Made by a program: the position numbers and the translations under genes. A DNA stretch of 64,000 nt from Dimorphilus gyrociliatus (taxonomy: Eukaryota; Animalia; Annelida): contig CAJFCJ010000001.1 in NCBI GenBank assembly GCA_904063045.1, positions 930,001 through 994,000 of the forward strand, read 5' to 3'. This document shows, piece by piece, positions 27,093-41,133 of this stretch. Within the stretch, counting starts at the first letter, position 1, and each line of letters starts with the position of its first letter. The notes beneath the pieces were generated by a model. The model was not told the origin of the DNA and made no database searches. It was given only the letters and a program-made list of their open reading frames with translations.

Positions 27093-29383
27093 ATGGATAA
27101 TTCGGATCAAGAATCATCGACATTATTACTGTCACCATCAGAAACATCTAATGCGCCAAAAGACAGGTAATTTATTGAATTGGGCAAATTTAAACTTATT
27201 ATCAATCAATTACCGCCCTACAGACTCAAATTTGTTTATGCAATATTTTATCTACTGGGAATTGGGACTATGCTTCCATGGAACTTTTTTATTAATGGAA
27301 AACATGTTAGTAATTTTTGCTTTAAAGTCAGCAAAACATGTACACATTATCATAACTTTTGTCCAAAGAGCTATGACTAATTCTCATAAACTATATACCG
27401 ATAAATATATAAAGAACAATAGTAAGATACAAGTTCACATAACGATATCCTTTTTCAACAGTATTTTATGTATAAACTCCGAAATACCACACTGCCTACA
27501 AATTTTACACACTATGATGAACCGAAATATGAAACGGAGTTTCAAGTCTCATTTGAAAGTTATTTGGCTATTGCAGCCATGCTTCCAACTGTCCTGTTTA
27601 TGTTTTTGAACGCCGTTGCAACTAGATTGTACGTGATGATGTTTAAGACAGAATTATGCATCTTTAATTCCTATTATATTTATCTTTAAACACAGAATCC
27701 GTTTACGAATTCGTATGGTAATAGCAGCAGTTACAATGATATTAATTTTTGCTGTTACACTTACTTTTGTTATTTTGGACACTGATCGTTGTAAGTAACA
27801 GTTTACAATAACAATAATAACCTTATTAGAAGAGAGAATTAATGTAAAATACTATATTAATCAGGGCAAGTTGAATTCTTTGCTATAACTTTGGTCTGTA
27901 TTGTAATAATGAATGGTCGGTACTTTTACTTTACTCCTATTATAGATATCTATTAGAAAATGAAGATGAAATTTTATCTCATTATTTAATTGTTTTTTAG
28001 CTGCCAGTGCAGTGTTGCAAGGCGGTGTTTTTGGCCTCGCGAGCATGTTTCCACCAAAGTATTCTCAATCAGTTATGGCTGGACAGGTAATTTTTTAGCC
28101 AAATAACAGAGGTACTTTCAATTTCATTTTATTAAATGAATTTTAGGGAATGGGAGGTACTCTAGCAGCTGTAGCTAATATAATAAGTATAGCAGCAACC
28201 AAGAATGCCTCGCAAAGTGGTCTATTTTACTTTACGATTGCGCTAGTTGTTTTATTGATGGCGCTTGTAGCTTATTTGGTTCTTCCCTGCATTGTAAGTA
28301 TCAAATGAAACTTAAGATTAGATTTCTATCCAACTCTTTCATCCTTGAATTTCTTGGAATAATCATGTAAGATAGATAATAAATACGAAGTAATACAATT
28401 TTTTTAAAAATCAACCTTTTTTCTCTTTTTTAATGATGGAACTATACATAAATCAATCTTATTATTGTTTGTTTTCTTTCCAGAAATTTGCCAGATATCA
28501 TACTGATAGTAGGTTTCTTTTATTATAAGTCAATTAACGGAAATTTACTGTAATTCTATTATCATAAATAGGAAATTTTCGTCAAACAATTTCGTCGAAT
28601 GATGAGGATAATACTGTCGACACCAGCGAAGATTTAAATAGTATTAGCTTTTCTGGAAGTAATTCAACGCCCTTGCTACGAGTCTTTCGAATGGTAATTG
28701 ACCGTGTATAGAGTTTAATAATACTCGTCAAATTTTTTCCCCTCATTTACAGATTTCCAAATACGCGTTTAGCGTCTCAATTATATTCTTTGTGACTTTG
28801 GCCTGCTTTCCAGCTATAACTTCGTCAATAGCTCCCGCATTGAGAAAAGAAGGAAATAGGACAGTATTAGTTAAGGATGAATGGAGACGCAAATATTTTA
28901 CTCCAGTTATCTGTTTTCTATTGTTTAATGTTTTTGATTTAGTTGGGCGAACAATCGCTGGGTTTTATCAATGGGTAAGTATTGTATTATACAGTATATT
29001 CTTTATATACTTTCTTTATTATCAATGATTCGTTTAACGACTCCTTTCATTTTTGTTTTTTCCAGCCGAAATTTAAAAGCAATTTGCTACCACTATTCTG
29101 TATTCTTAGGATTGGTTTCATTCCTCTTTTTGTCTTCTGCAACGTTCAACCACGACTCTATTTAGTCACCTATCTATTTCAAAACGACGTCGCCCCAGCC
29201 GTCATCATGGTTTTTTTTGCGTTGTCAAATGGATATTTATCGACGCTATGCATGATGTACGGACCAATGAATGCTAATGAAGAGGATGAAGAAACAGCAG
29301 GGGCTTTGATGCCTTTTTTCTTAGCATTAGGCCTATCAGCCGGTTCTTTTTTCTCTTTTTTATTGTTACATTACATGATTTAA
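27093..29383 (+). CDS. SLC29A3: Equilibrative nucleoside transporter (SLC29), ENT3-like, multi-exon
   Basis: FYLLGIGTMLPWNFF, YFMYKLRN, FESYLAIAAMLP, VTLACFPAITS, FNVFDLVGR, SNGYLSTLCMMYGP. The N-terminal acidic dileucine ESSTLL suggests lysosomal targeting as in ENT3. The paralog assignment is tentative. Confidence 0.85.
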
Positions 29384-30802
29384 TCGAATATGCTCAAAAT
29401 CGTTTTGTTAAATTCTAACTCTTTTTCTGTCAGTAGAAAAGACTATAAGAAAGAAGCAGATACTCTACTTGAAAATAAAATATTAAATAATTCCTATTTA
29501 TTCAATAATATTCTAATCAAATAGTAGTTTTTTTATATTTTATCCAAAGAATATCATGAATTTTTAATATATTTGCAAATGTCTTTACTGCTATAAGACA
29601 GTAAAACGTTTTAAAAGAACAGTATTTCTTTATTTTATTAATGTTATCAACAACAAAAAAAAACTAGTAAGTCACCTTTTGTTGGCAAATTTTAATAATT
29701 CTAATGGAAAATATGTTAATCAACGAAATTGAAACCAACAAAAGACATGTTTTCTTTTTATTTTTAAATGTAGAATACTTTTCTGTTTCTTGTATTTATA
29801 AATATGTGTATTAAAGTATATGAAAGATTACTCATTCTATTCAGTAAAAGGCAGCTATTATTGGAAAAAAAATAGAAGGAAAAAAGACTAGATGCATTTA
29901 TTCTTAAAAGAAGATGATGATACGTTCGAAATTGTTGTCCTCATTCTGTCTAAATTATTTGATTAATTTTTATAAGAGAGATTTCAATTGGATTAAAGTG
30001 AAAATTTTCTCATTTGGCAAATGAAGAGGAAAGATAATTTTTTATCAAATATATATATGTAGTTTAATTCAAGAGTAAGGTATCCTGAGAAAGGGGAGGA
30101 GACGCGGGAAAAAGCTTTTAGCTTTAAAAATACTCCTGTCGTGACATATCTTCGTGTTTCAGGTAAATCTCGTCACCTTAATAGTAATTTTAAATAATAA
30201 CGATAATACAAGTATTATTCTATATAAACTGTTATATATAATATCCTTTTTTTTTTTATTAAATAGTGAGATAATGTTCCTAATAGGACACAGTTAAAAT
30301 TAAAAAAAAGGATCTGCTTGTTATTTGTATATCTAGCACTAATGTTACATTATTTTTACCTTATATTTATTAATGCCAATTGATTTTATATTATATTAAA
30401 CTTTGCGCTTTTTTCTATATTTATATTTTTCTAATTACTTTGTTATTTTTATGAAGAGTTAATTATTTATTTATAACAAAAAATACTTATTATTGAATAT
30501 ATAAATATTATAGAGGAATTTTGATGTTAATTATTTAAAGCTCGATGATAGTATTTAGTTTTTAACTTTTCAGATTACATTTATACATTTTTATTATCTT
30601 CTTTCAGATTGAATTTAGATAAATTATTATATGAATTTGTTGTCCAGTTCCCCACCAAGAAATAAAATGAAAAAGTCGAGATAGATTAGGTATCCTGTCT
30701 GTAGTAGCCTAGCAGACGATGTCGTCGTGTGCATAACTTGATTGGAAGGTTCCGTAAATTTTAAGATACATTTGAAAAATTCATAGATCTGAAACTAAGA
30801 TT

Positions 30803-32718
30803 ATGAATTTGAAGCGATTTTGTCGGTTCAATATACTTTCAAACTTTAAGTTAATGACAATCTTAAGTCTTGTAGGATGTATTATTATTCTATGGTTTTT
30901 ATCATCTAAAAAGAAGGTAATTGAAATCGTTGTTAATACTGACAACGTACCGATTGCAAACCCTCACAATGTGGTTGAAGAAAAAGAGGTCAATTAGAAT
31001 ATTGAATCTATTACTTTTCTTCACATAGTTTATCTCTACAGATCGCTGCTTCTCCAGAAATACCTTCACATTTTGTTTTTAAATCCAAGCTGGTAAGTTT
31101 AGATTCCTACTTGAAATATTACTTACAAAAGTCTTAATTTATCATTATTCAAACAGAATCAAAATAGTTTTGAGCCCTTTAAACCTCAATTCTCATCTTA
31201 TGCGGAAGCATTAAAGTATATAGCAATTGAGCATAATCATAGAAAAACTGTCATCATAAGCACAGCAGATGCAGGTAATGATAATATAATGCAAAATATA
31301 ATAAGATACTAATAGATAACAATAATATCAAACTAAGTCCTGTAATTCCATTAAAATAAATCAATATGTTCTTTTAATGACAGGCTATTTAGATATGACT
31401 TTAAATTTTTTCATTGGATCAATTAAAAGACACGGATTAACGAATTTTCTTATGCTGTGTATTCAAAGAGAAAGCTGTGATATTTTCCGGTAAGAAGCAA
31501 AACTATCTTTATGCAATATATTCCATCAATATATTTTACAGAAACCACGGTATACCAGTTTATTACTATTCTACTGAAAATGCTGGTGGATCAGCTAGCC
31601 GATACAATAGTCCAGAATTCCGTAGAAAGACTCACATTAAAACCAGGATTGTTCTTGATGCTTTAAAGTTAAACTACACTGTTGTTTTGTCAGATGTAGA
31701 TATTTTTTACGTAAAAAACCCACTTGAGCACTGGCCTTGCCCTGATTGCGATTTACAAGTAAGCAGCGATTACGTGGAGGCTAATAGTGGTTTTTACTTG
31801 GTTAAGGCAAATGCTGCCGGTAAACTACTTCACGAAGAAATGCTGAAAAGAGTTAGACCTAATAATTCAAATCAGAAAACACTTAATCCAGCAATGAAGC
31901 ACCTAAAAACTCATGGAAAACTAAGATATCATACTTTAAACAATGTTAAATGGCCTTGCGGAATCGTTTATTGGGAAAATGAGAAAAGAATGTGGTACAC
32001 TGATAAATTTACACCAGAGCATGTTTTGATTCACAACAATTGGATAGAGACTTCTGAAGCGAAAATTTACCGATTTAAGGAACATCAAATGTGGTATTTG
32101 GACAAAGATAAGTACTATTCGAATGGAGAGGCCAAATATATGACTTACTCTAATCCATTTAACTTCGAGAAAAAAACTCGTGGAATAGAAGGAGACGCTC
32201 TTGCTGATGCTATTGGAATAGCTATGGCTCTAAAACGAATATTGATATTACCGAAGTTTCATTGTGATGGATGTAAATATTCTGCATGCAAGTCCCCGTC
32301 GAGACTTTGTGCTTTAAACGTCAGATTTCATTTACAAGAGTTTGATAGGGAATTTAAAAGTATGTACCGAGAGCACGTATTCTTAGATCATCCCTTTGTT
32401 CCTTCAAATATTAAAAATTCTCAGTCAAAAGAATTATTGATAGAAACGGACGATTTGAAGCATAACAATTTTTCTGATATACCATATGGGAAGAATCGCC
32501 GTTTTAAACCAAAAGATACTGCGAAAGGTGCAACTTCTGACGAAATTATTGCGTGGTTTGACTCTGAAGAATTCCGACACATTTCTGTTTTACATTTTAG
32601 GATGATGTATAATGCATTTAAAGGGTTCACTGATTCACAAGAAAATAATAAATACAAAGAGAAAATTCGACGTGGCCTTGTGAAAGGTGGATATAGACAA
32701 TACAGATGGGAAAATTAG
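30803..32718 (+). CDS. Nucleotide-diphospho-sugar transferase (Nucleotid_trans / CAZy GT77-like), type II membrane protein, 5 exons
   Basis: N-terminal TM (LMTILSLVGCIILWFL), then ADAGYLDMTLNF, KTRIVLDALKLNYTVVLSDVDIFYVKNP (DxD), ANSGFYLVK, NQKTLN, HNNWIETSEAKIYRFKEHQMW. Four GT-AG introns join in frame. Confidence 0.85.
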
Positions 32719-32838
32719 AGAGATCTTTAATGTAAAATTTGTAGCCTGTGATACTAAACATTTAAATTAAATAAAGTTCCTTTCATATATTTGTTAAATT
32801 TCCAACTATTAAAATCAAAAGCACATTTTCATATTAGT

Positions 32839-34207
32839 TTATACAGTTAGGGGAGGTAGCTTAGCCACCTGTCGACATTTTTGGACTGTTGCTCTCAAAA
32901 GGAATTGCCTTCTAGATAATTCACGAACTTCCTACAATGAGAAAAGAGAAATCTGACAATCAACGTTTGATTTTAGTATATGCAATACCTTCAAAAACAC
33001 ATCTAAGTCTATTGTGTGCTTCTTTAAACCTTCAGCCAGCAGGAAAATAGCATCTTCAACTGCTTGTTCTTCGGCAAAAGCATTCAAGAGTCTGAAAATT
33101 TTTATAGTTGCGAATTTTAAAAGCATTTCAATACCAGTTTAATCTACTAACTGTTTGTACAATGGTGTCGATGGAACGATTGCAGAATCTATGTCTACCT
33201 TATCTCTATTCTCTAATTGGGTAATAGCTTCGTTAATCTGAGCCTGAAAGCACCAACATTTTCATTTAACAGGTTAAAAATAAAGCAACCTTAATTACAT
33301 GTTTTTCTAATAGGACTGCAGATGCTTGTTTAACTTTATCAGTTTCTCTATCAGATTTCTTTAACATTTCATCTAGCCGTTGCTTTCCTTGTTCCAAATC
33401 TTCATGAGTTTTTCTTAAGGTCGTCATTTCAGCATCTGCGTGAAACAAGCATTAAATGGAGAATAAAAACAAAAGTTATTATACTAACCGACTTGGGCCC
33501 AAATTTCACCTACTCGTCTGTTTACATTTTCTTCAACTGAAGACTGCAAAGAAGCTTTTATTTGCCTTTCCAGATCAGTGCCGTCGCTTTGTTTAAAAGG
33601 TTCAGGATATACTGTGGGAATTGGTATAGTTGGTGGAACGGCTATGGAATATCAGCCATGAAAGAAAAATATTTTTTTAATAGAAATGTTACAACGAACT
33701 TGTCGGGTAAGGAGTCGACACCGCCTTTGAAAATACAGGAGATTCTTCTCCAAAAACAATGGTTAATATACTAATCATACCCATCAGGTCACTGCTGTGT
33801 GGAGTCCATTCATGAAGATAGGGCAGATAAATTCTTCCACTAGAGTCAACGTGTTTACCAGGCTTTATGCTCATTGCTTGCGTTGGTTTGACAAAACCCT
33901 GCGAAACAGTTGAATTGTAATATACATAACACATCACTCAAACACTTACCATTGGAGGTTCAGCTGGATGATTTTTTGCCAGGTAAATACATATTGGAAT
34001 ATTGTATGTCACTCGCTTATAGTTGACTGGTATTGTTCCATCTATGTTGACCAATTCCTCTTGTCTACCATCATTGTGAACAAATGTACTTCTGTGAGGC
34101 CTTAAATCCGTAAAAGCAGCTAAAGCAGAGGATATATCTCTCTTACTGACATCAGGATTCACGTAATCGTGAAGGTGAGTTCGCAGGAACGCATCGCAAT
34201 GAGCCAT
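32839..34207 (-). CDS. TSG101: ESCRT-I subunit TSG101/Vps23, multi-exon
   Basis: UEV domain (DGTIPVNYKRVTYNIPICIYL; GKHVDSSGRIYLPYLHEW), coiled coil, and steadiness box AFAEEQAVEDAIFLLAEGLKKHTIDLDVFLK|EVRELSRRQFLLRA. Stop at 32839-32841. Confidence 0.95.
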
Positions 34208-34389
34208 TTGAATAAATTTATTTCAAACGATATAACTTAAGTGTGTATATCCAAGAACTGTCAGACTTGGATGCTCTAATATGACTAATGATCACCCAGA
34301 AGCGAAATAACTCGTAGCCAATATAGAGGTAGCACTTACATGAAGGATTTGAAATTAGGGACTTTTAAAATTCATCATTTTCTTTCAAA

Positions 34390-34577
34390 CGCCATTTTTA
34401 TTTTATAAAATTTGTATATTTCTATTTATGTTTACAGATGTAGATTTTCAGTTTTTCAAAATGGCGACTCTTGGTCGTGAATATAGTCGCCATAATAGGG
34501 CGTAAATGGTTTAAAATTGAGTTGTCGTCTCAATTATGCTACAAACCGGAAAACAATTCATATTAAAGTCACGTGAT
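34390..34577. promoter_or_regulatory. Motif cluster in the divergent TSG101/USP6NL interval: three ATGGCG (YY1-type) sites and a GTCACGTGAT E-box
   Basis: cgccatttt 34390-34398; CAAAATGGCGAC 34457-34468; agtcgccat 34485-34493; GTCACGTGAT 34568-34577 (9/10 to the CLEAR motif GTCACGTGAC). Function is inferred. Confidence 0.4.
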
Positions 34578-35396
34578 CTGCCTGGTGAACCTCCCTCCTG
34601 AAACCTCGGGAATTATCGTTACTTTAGAAATACCAACTTTAAGGATCGAACACGACATCCATGTATTAAATTGTCCGAGACGTTTGAAATGGTAACTTGT
34701 ATTTTCAATATTATTTATTTATCTCTGGCTCGTTTAGCTCTGATTATAACAACAAAATCTAATCGCAATAGCTTGAATCGATATTTACTAATTTAAAATT
34801 TCTAATTATATGGTAAAATGAAAAGATTTATTTCTTTTAACTGTAGAATTATGAGCAATTCAATAAATTTTGCTGTTTTTTCTTGAATAGTAAATAACTT
34901 GAGCGAAATTAAAATTTCAATTGTGATGTTTCCTTATATGGACTGGCTGTTTATTATTTTGTGAACAACTTATTAATAATTTTAATGATCTTCTTGATTC
35001 TCTGTCCTACCGTGAGATTTCTCGTAATCATTCATATGTTTAGGTAAATAAAAATTCAAATAGAACTCATAACAACTACTCTGTTAGGAGTGCATGCTTT
35101 CTATAAAAACTAGGAAGTAGTATAAGCGCATAAAGGACCCTAAATAACCCAATTTTAACCATTTAATTACTTCTTGTCTATTCCGTTTATTTTTATTATT
35201 ATCGTATCGAAATCGAAACCTACGATTTATTTCAGGGAGATCGAATCGGAACCGGAATTCGTTAATCGTTGAAGTCTAGTTCTGGTCAGGATCGATAAAT
35301 CGATTATCTTTGCTTTTATAGCTACCCAATCTCCTTAACTTTTCTGTGGACTTTGGCAAATTTAAAGCAAAACCTAAGCAGTAAGAATTTTTCAAT

Positions 35397-37423
35397 ATGG
35401 GTAAGTGATTTTCCGTACTATTGATCCAGAAAAATTTGGTTCAACGATTTATCTATTATATTTTTTTTTCAGCTTCCAATGAGGATAGCCTTATCAATGA
35501 AATTAAGAGGAGTCGGGAAATTGTCAAAAGCTATGATTCGGTAAATAGTTCGACTACTTATTGTTGTATATTTAAAACTTATCTTAGTTGAACTTTATTA
35601 AAAATAGGCTAAAAATAAATAACTATTTATCTATTTTCTATTTTTGTTTTTTTTTTACCATCGATTGCAGATATTGGCAATATTTAATAGATGTCATAAT
35701 CTTTACAGGGATCCTTTGCAGATATAGACGAAAGTGAAGTTTTCGATAGTTCATATTATAATAAAATCGATAGATTCGGTTTTAGACAGTAAGCAATTAA
35801 TAACAATTATATTTTAAGTGTGAAAAAGTGGTTTTTAATGTCTTTAATCCATCTTTTTTTTTATCTAGTCCTGAAGGTTACTCAGAAACAAGTGATGAAT
35901 CTAAAACTAAGAAAAAAGATATTTCTAGATTACAGAAATGGGATAAATACGTTAAAGCTAAAGCCGGTTTTCGAAAAGATGAAAAATTTCGTAAAAGGGT
36001 CTATAAAGGCGTACCTCAAAGGTTTAGAGGATGGTATTGGGAATCAATGTTAGACGTAAAAAATACTAAGGATCAACAAATTCATGGAAATGTATATAAG
36101 AATATGACCGAAAAGGGACGCAACTATTCGCCTTACATCGATCAAATTGATAAGGATGTTAATCGAACTTTTCGCAGTCACACATCTTTCGAAAAGCGTT
36201 ATCAAGGACAACAAAAACACCTTTTCAACGTTCTCGTCGCATATTCCGTTTACAATACTGAAATTGGTTATACGCAGGGAATGAATGGAATAGCGGCATT
36301 ACTATGCATGTTTCTCAGTGATGAAGATGCGTTTTGGGCTTTTTCAAATTTATTCACAGTCGAAAAATATGGTATGCACGGTTTCTTTGCTTTAGGTTTT
36401 CCAAAAATTGAACGATTTAAGGAACTGCTGCAATCATTATTGAAGAAACACTTGAAAAAATTGTATAAGCACATGAAAGAAATGAATATAGTTGCAGATA
36501 CGTATGTTTTCAAGTTCTTCATGGCCTGCTTTGCTCATTGTGTTCCACCGAGTTTGATGTTTCGACTATTTGACGTTTTTATTCTTGAAGGCGACAAAAT
36601 GTTGCTAGCTATGGGTCTGCTGTATTTCAAAAAACATAGTAAGAAAATGTTGAAAATGAATGACGAAAAACTTTACGAATATATGAATAATACTCTGCCG
36701 CAAAACTTCGGTTATCCAGACGATGAAGTTATGACGGAACTTATGGATCTAGTCGACGAACTGCAGAGAAGTCGAACGTTTATAAATAAATTAACACAGC
36801 CAGATGGAAAGAAAGAGTGTCCTAATAGATTTTTTATGTGTAACACGGAAGAAATACAAAAACGAATTGATTGTTTCGAGAAGATGTGTATCGAATCTCT
36901 TCCTAACCCTTCTTACTTGCGTATAGAGGAGAAAAAGTCACCAACCAAGAGTCAGAAGTCAGGGACAGACGAAAATTCAGCAACTCGCAACTCCAAGTCA
37001 AGCAGAGAAATGTCACCTTTACAAGGACAGCACTCCATAGACAGTGCAGATGAACTTTCATTCAGTGAGAGAAGTTATATACCACAATCCCAGCAAGCTG
37101 TTCAAATAGTAAGAAGTAATAGTCAGCCGAAAACGGCATCGCCCAAAAAATCCCCAACGAAGCCAGCAATAAATCATACAGTTCAAGTTGAAATTGAGAG
37201 TCAGCCTGTTAAAGTCGAAAAAACTAATTTAAATGGCTCATCAGTATCTGACACAGATAAAAAATTAGCAAGACCAGCTTCTATGTATACGAATATTACT
37301 AGCTCAGCCGATGAAACAAACGTTCGGAGTTCACATTCCGTCAATTCGTTTCGAAATTCCGTGCCATCTTCGCCATTAAATAATGGACTCTTGTCAACAA
37401 GTCACAAGTCATTAAATGATTAA
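35397..37423 (+). CDS. USP6NL: TBC-domain Rab GAP (USP6NL/RN-tre-like), 4 coding exons
   Basis: ATGG|gtaagt first coding exon, then EIVKSYD, DRFGF, RLQKW, RVYKGVPQRFRG, IDKDVNRTFR (R finger), YTQGMNGIAALL (Q finger), and an S-rich tail. Confidence 0.9.
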
Positions 37424-38162
37424 AAATATTCTTTGCTTAGATCTGTTACTCCGTTCCTTTTAATGACGAATTTTTCTGGAATTGTTTATAGATAAACTTT
37501 TTTATAGGGTGTATAAGCTATTAATCAAAGCGTTCTTTGAACAATAAATAGATCGCATAGAAATTAAACCTTTGAAAAATTTCGGTAGCTTGCGAGTATT
37601 TTTAATCTTTGTTTATTAAAGTTTTCAACAGAAAGGCCTGTTTTTCTCCTGGGCTCAACATGTTTATCGGCCTCTTCAAACCATCAATATGTGGCCCTTC
37701 ACCTTTCGAAAACAATTCGTTGCAAGTCCCAACAATACACCCATTTTCAACCTTCGAACATTCTGTATAAATAGACAGCAGACTTGCATTAATTCACGCA
37801 TTATTTATCGAACCGTATTTTCATAATTAAAGGCTTTTTTAGGTCGCAGTTTTTTAAATGAGAATATTGTAATGGCCTTCCTACTGTTCTAAACAGTTGC
37901 TTTAAACTATTCTAAATATAGAAAGCCCGCACGTTAGTTTATATCTATTCAGACGGAATATTGAAAGACCATCTCGAATTTTAAACAAAGTCAGCGGTAT
38001 ATATAGATATTTAACAGTGAAATTTCTTTTTACATTATTGCAGATTTCGTCAATAGCTTTACAGTAAATTACATAGTTTTATATAATTCAAGTTCTACTC
38101 AACAAAATTTTATTTTACATAAACGAAAATTATCTTATTTTTTAATAACAACACACAATCCG

Positions 38163-40870
38163 CTACGGAATGTGTAAATTAAATATGCTATAATTTTCTG
38201 TTGATAACTTTTTACAAATTCGAGTTTGCATATGGTTAACTAAAATGTCAATGTCGCACATAGTTCTTAAAAGTTTCTTGTGTTCAGCAACGCAGTCATG
38301 AAGGTCAATTAATAAGACGTGCATGGTTGGTGATAGGATTAATGTTGATGAATAACTGTCTATGCATAGATTTATCCACTCGATAATCTAAAACAATATA
38401 AAATTTAACATAGACATAAAGTGAAAAAGAAAAGCATACCTTATCGGATCGTAATTTTTTGTTAGTCAAACTATTCATTTCAAGCATAAATCTTAAGTGT
38501 TCTAGGAGACTCTATAAATACAATTTATTTTAGGAAATACAAGTAATTGAACGGATAATTTTTATTTGAACCTTCATTTCTTCTAATTCCATTTGTTTTA
38601 ACAAAGCCATCAAGTTCTTTCCATTAAAATCGTGTTGTAGTATATTATTTCTGCAAAGTAACGAAAATATTCACATAAAAGTTTTCGATTTGACAGCAAA
38701 TATTTGAAAAATACATTAAATAAGCTTTGTATGGGCCAATGGGCGAGTTATATTTATCTTCGATATCATTCAAAGATTCTTCTAAAACTGTTTCGTTTAG
38801 GCTGTTTGAACAAGTTAAACTTGAAAAAAATTAATCATTCAACGAGCAAACAAAAAACACCTTAACAATGTTTGAATTCCAATAACCAAGGCATCTTCAG
38901 GTATATAACGCATAGTCTCAAAAAATCTTCGTATAAACAATATATCGTCAGAAACAGCCGCAGACCTTATGCTCTCAACCGACAAACTATTGATAATGTT
39001 TAGTAAACATTAATACAAAATGTAAAAGCTATGTAATTAAAGTTCTAAATACCTTGAAGGAAATATTTCTTTTTCAACTAAACTTCTAAAAAACACTGCT
39101 GGCCAATACCCTTCAATTGAGAGAAGATGCCGTAAGGTATTTAGAAGCAAACTATGGGATTTAAGTGCTTTAGGAGATACTTTTTCCAATTTTTTTATTA
39201 GTTTCTCTATTTGTTTCACCTGTTTTGGAAAAATATTTTGTTACACTTTTCTAACCCATTTCCAATTTAACTCACATTTCTGTTATTTATTAAATTTTCT
39301 AACGTTGAATTAATTTCTTTATCGTCTAGCACCTCACACTGCTGCATAGAAAGAAAATTGATTTGATCAATTTTATATAACTGAAAGTTTTTTTATTAAA
39401 ATAATAATGCTTATATGGGACCGTCATTGCTTTATTGCAAACAATAAAAGCTTAAAAGAGACTGTCAGATCGAATTAAGTTATCAATAAAGTTTCGGTAA
39501 TAGAACAAGTGGAAAATTCATTACCTCAGTGGAATTCCCCCAGAGGGCTCGAACAGTTGCAAAATTTGGCTTAGTTTTTCCTATGGCATCAACTAACAAC
39601 CCATATTCAATCTCAAACCGAATTTGAGCCAAAGAAGTTTGAGAGGAAGCAATTATTTTATCACCAGATATGAATAATTTAGGGCTTTCAAAGAATTCAT
39701 TCATAACGGTTGAGGTCATATTTCCAAACATGGTGTGTAAGGCTCCAATAAACGAAAGACCATCACTTACATATAAAACAGCAGCATATACATTATTTAG
39801 AGGCCTGATATTAATATTAGTAGCCTTAGGATTAATCTGATTTAGTAGAGGTAGTTTCGTTTGGGCTCCTTCCATAGAGTAGACTTTGCATTGACCGGAG
39901 TCATCTGTATTATTTAGTAGATATATCAGTTTATTTGAGAAAATTATATTCAAATCACTGAAACAAACCGATAGATAGTATAAGTAATTGATTTTTGGAC
40001 ACATAAGAGCAATAGTCCATGGCTGTCCCTGATATATCGACATTGACAGGCCTGCCTACATGTAATTCCATTTTTTTCCAAGAGACAACTCTAATAATAG
40101 CCTTCTTTTGGCCCTCAATCTAAGTAAAAAAAAAATTATAGGTTAGTCGTTATACTTTACTAATTATAAAACCTACAGTTTGTAAAAATAATATGGAATA
40201 AACGTTTTCTCCAATTTTTTGACATTCGAGCCTCTCAATCTTCTCTCCTGGTTCGATACACTGGCTATTGTGGATAGGACCTTCCTTTAATTTTTTTAGA
40301 GTTTGAATTCCACCATCTTCGAATAGGATTATAGGTTCTTCACAATTGGATGTAATACAGCAGTTTATAGCTTTAGTTGACTGCAAAGGAATATTTTTAT
40401 ATTGAAAATTTGCGAAAAAAATTATTAATTATAAAAATATAATATTCACAGTTAATTTTTTCCAATTACTTTCACATTGTAGATCATCGATATTCCAATT
40501 TCTTACAATCTAAAAGAAAAGCGTTATTGCGTTGAACACTAAATAAGCAAAGGTGACAAAAACCTGCTTATTGAAGATCGCTATTATTCGTTTGCGTTTA
40601 GCGTCATAAACTACTGGGGCTGTGATTTCTTGACCTTTTAAAATTGCCCACTGTCTGAACATTTTATCATCCTGGAAAACGAATTATGCAAATCCATTGA
40701 GTGATAAAGCGAACATTTAATAAAATCAAGAAAATTACCTGCTTCACTATAATTTGCTTTTTGTCTACAACAGCAATTATATAATTTTCTTCTAGACATG
40801 TATAACAATAGTTCACCGTTGACGGTGAGTCGCATATTTTTAAGTATTTCTGATCCAGAAAACTGACCAT
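38163..40870 (-). CDS. NOL11: Nucleolar protein 11 (SSU processome UTP-A-associated), multi-exon
   Basis: WAILKGQEITAPVVYD, EPIILFEDGGIQTL, and C-terminal IIEWINLCIDSYSSTLIL...ENYSIFNLHIP*. These match remembered NOL11 segments. Internal exon boundaries were not all traced. Confidence 0.82.
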
Positions 40871-41133
40871 GCTTTCTGGCGAATAGTCCAAAACAATACC
40901 ACGTGAAAACGGGTTTTATCTACCAGTTTTTATTCAAATCGTGATTAATTTTGTTTAAAACTTGTTAAACTTCTTTTTTTAACTTTAGAATTGGTATCAA
41001 ACTCAAAATAACCTTATATATAATTTTTCTAAGCAGTTTGAAATAGTAAAGTATATTTTCTTTCTTGTATCAGTAAATTTTAAATTTATCGGTTGTGTCA
41101 GGTTACCAGATTACCGGTATATAATTCTTCAAA

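Noticed and set aside
27088-27609. 173-aa ORF at the ENT 5' end
   Set aside because: It is an off-frame read-through of ENT exons and introns; the spliced ENT frame explains the region.
30803-32718. Recent horizontal transfer of the GT77 gene from plants or bacteria
   Set aside because: It has four host-like short introns and host-like composition, and GT77-like genes are, to my knowledge, present in other invertebrates. Recent HGT is unsupported.
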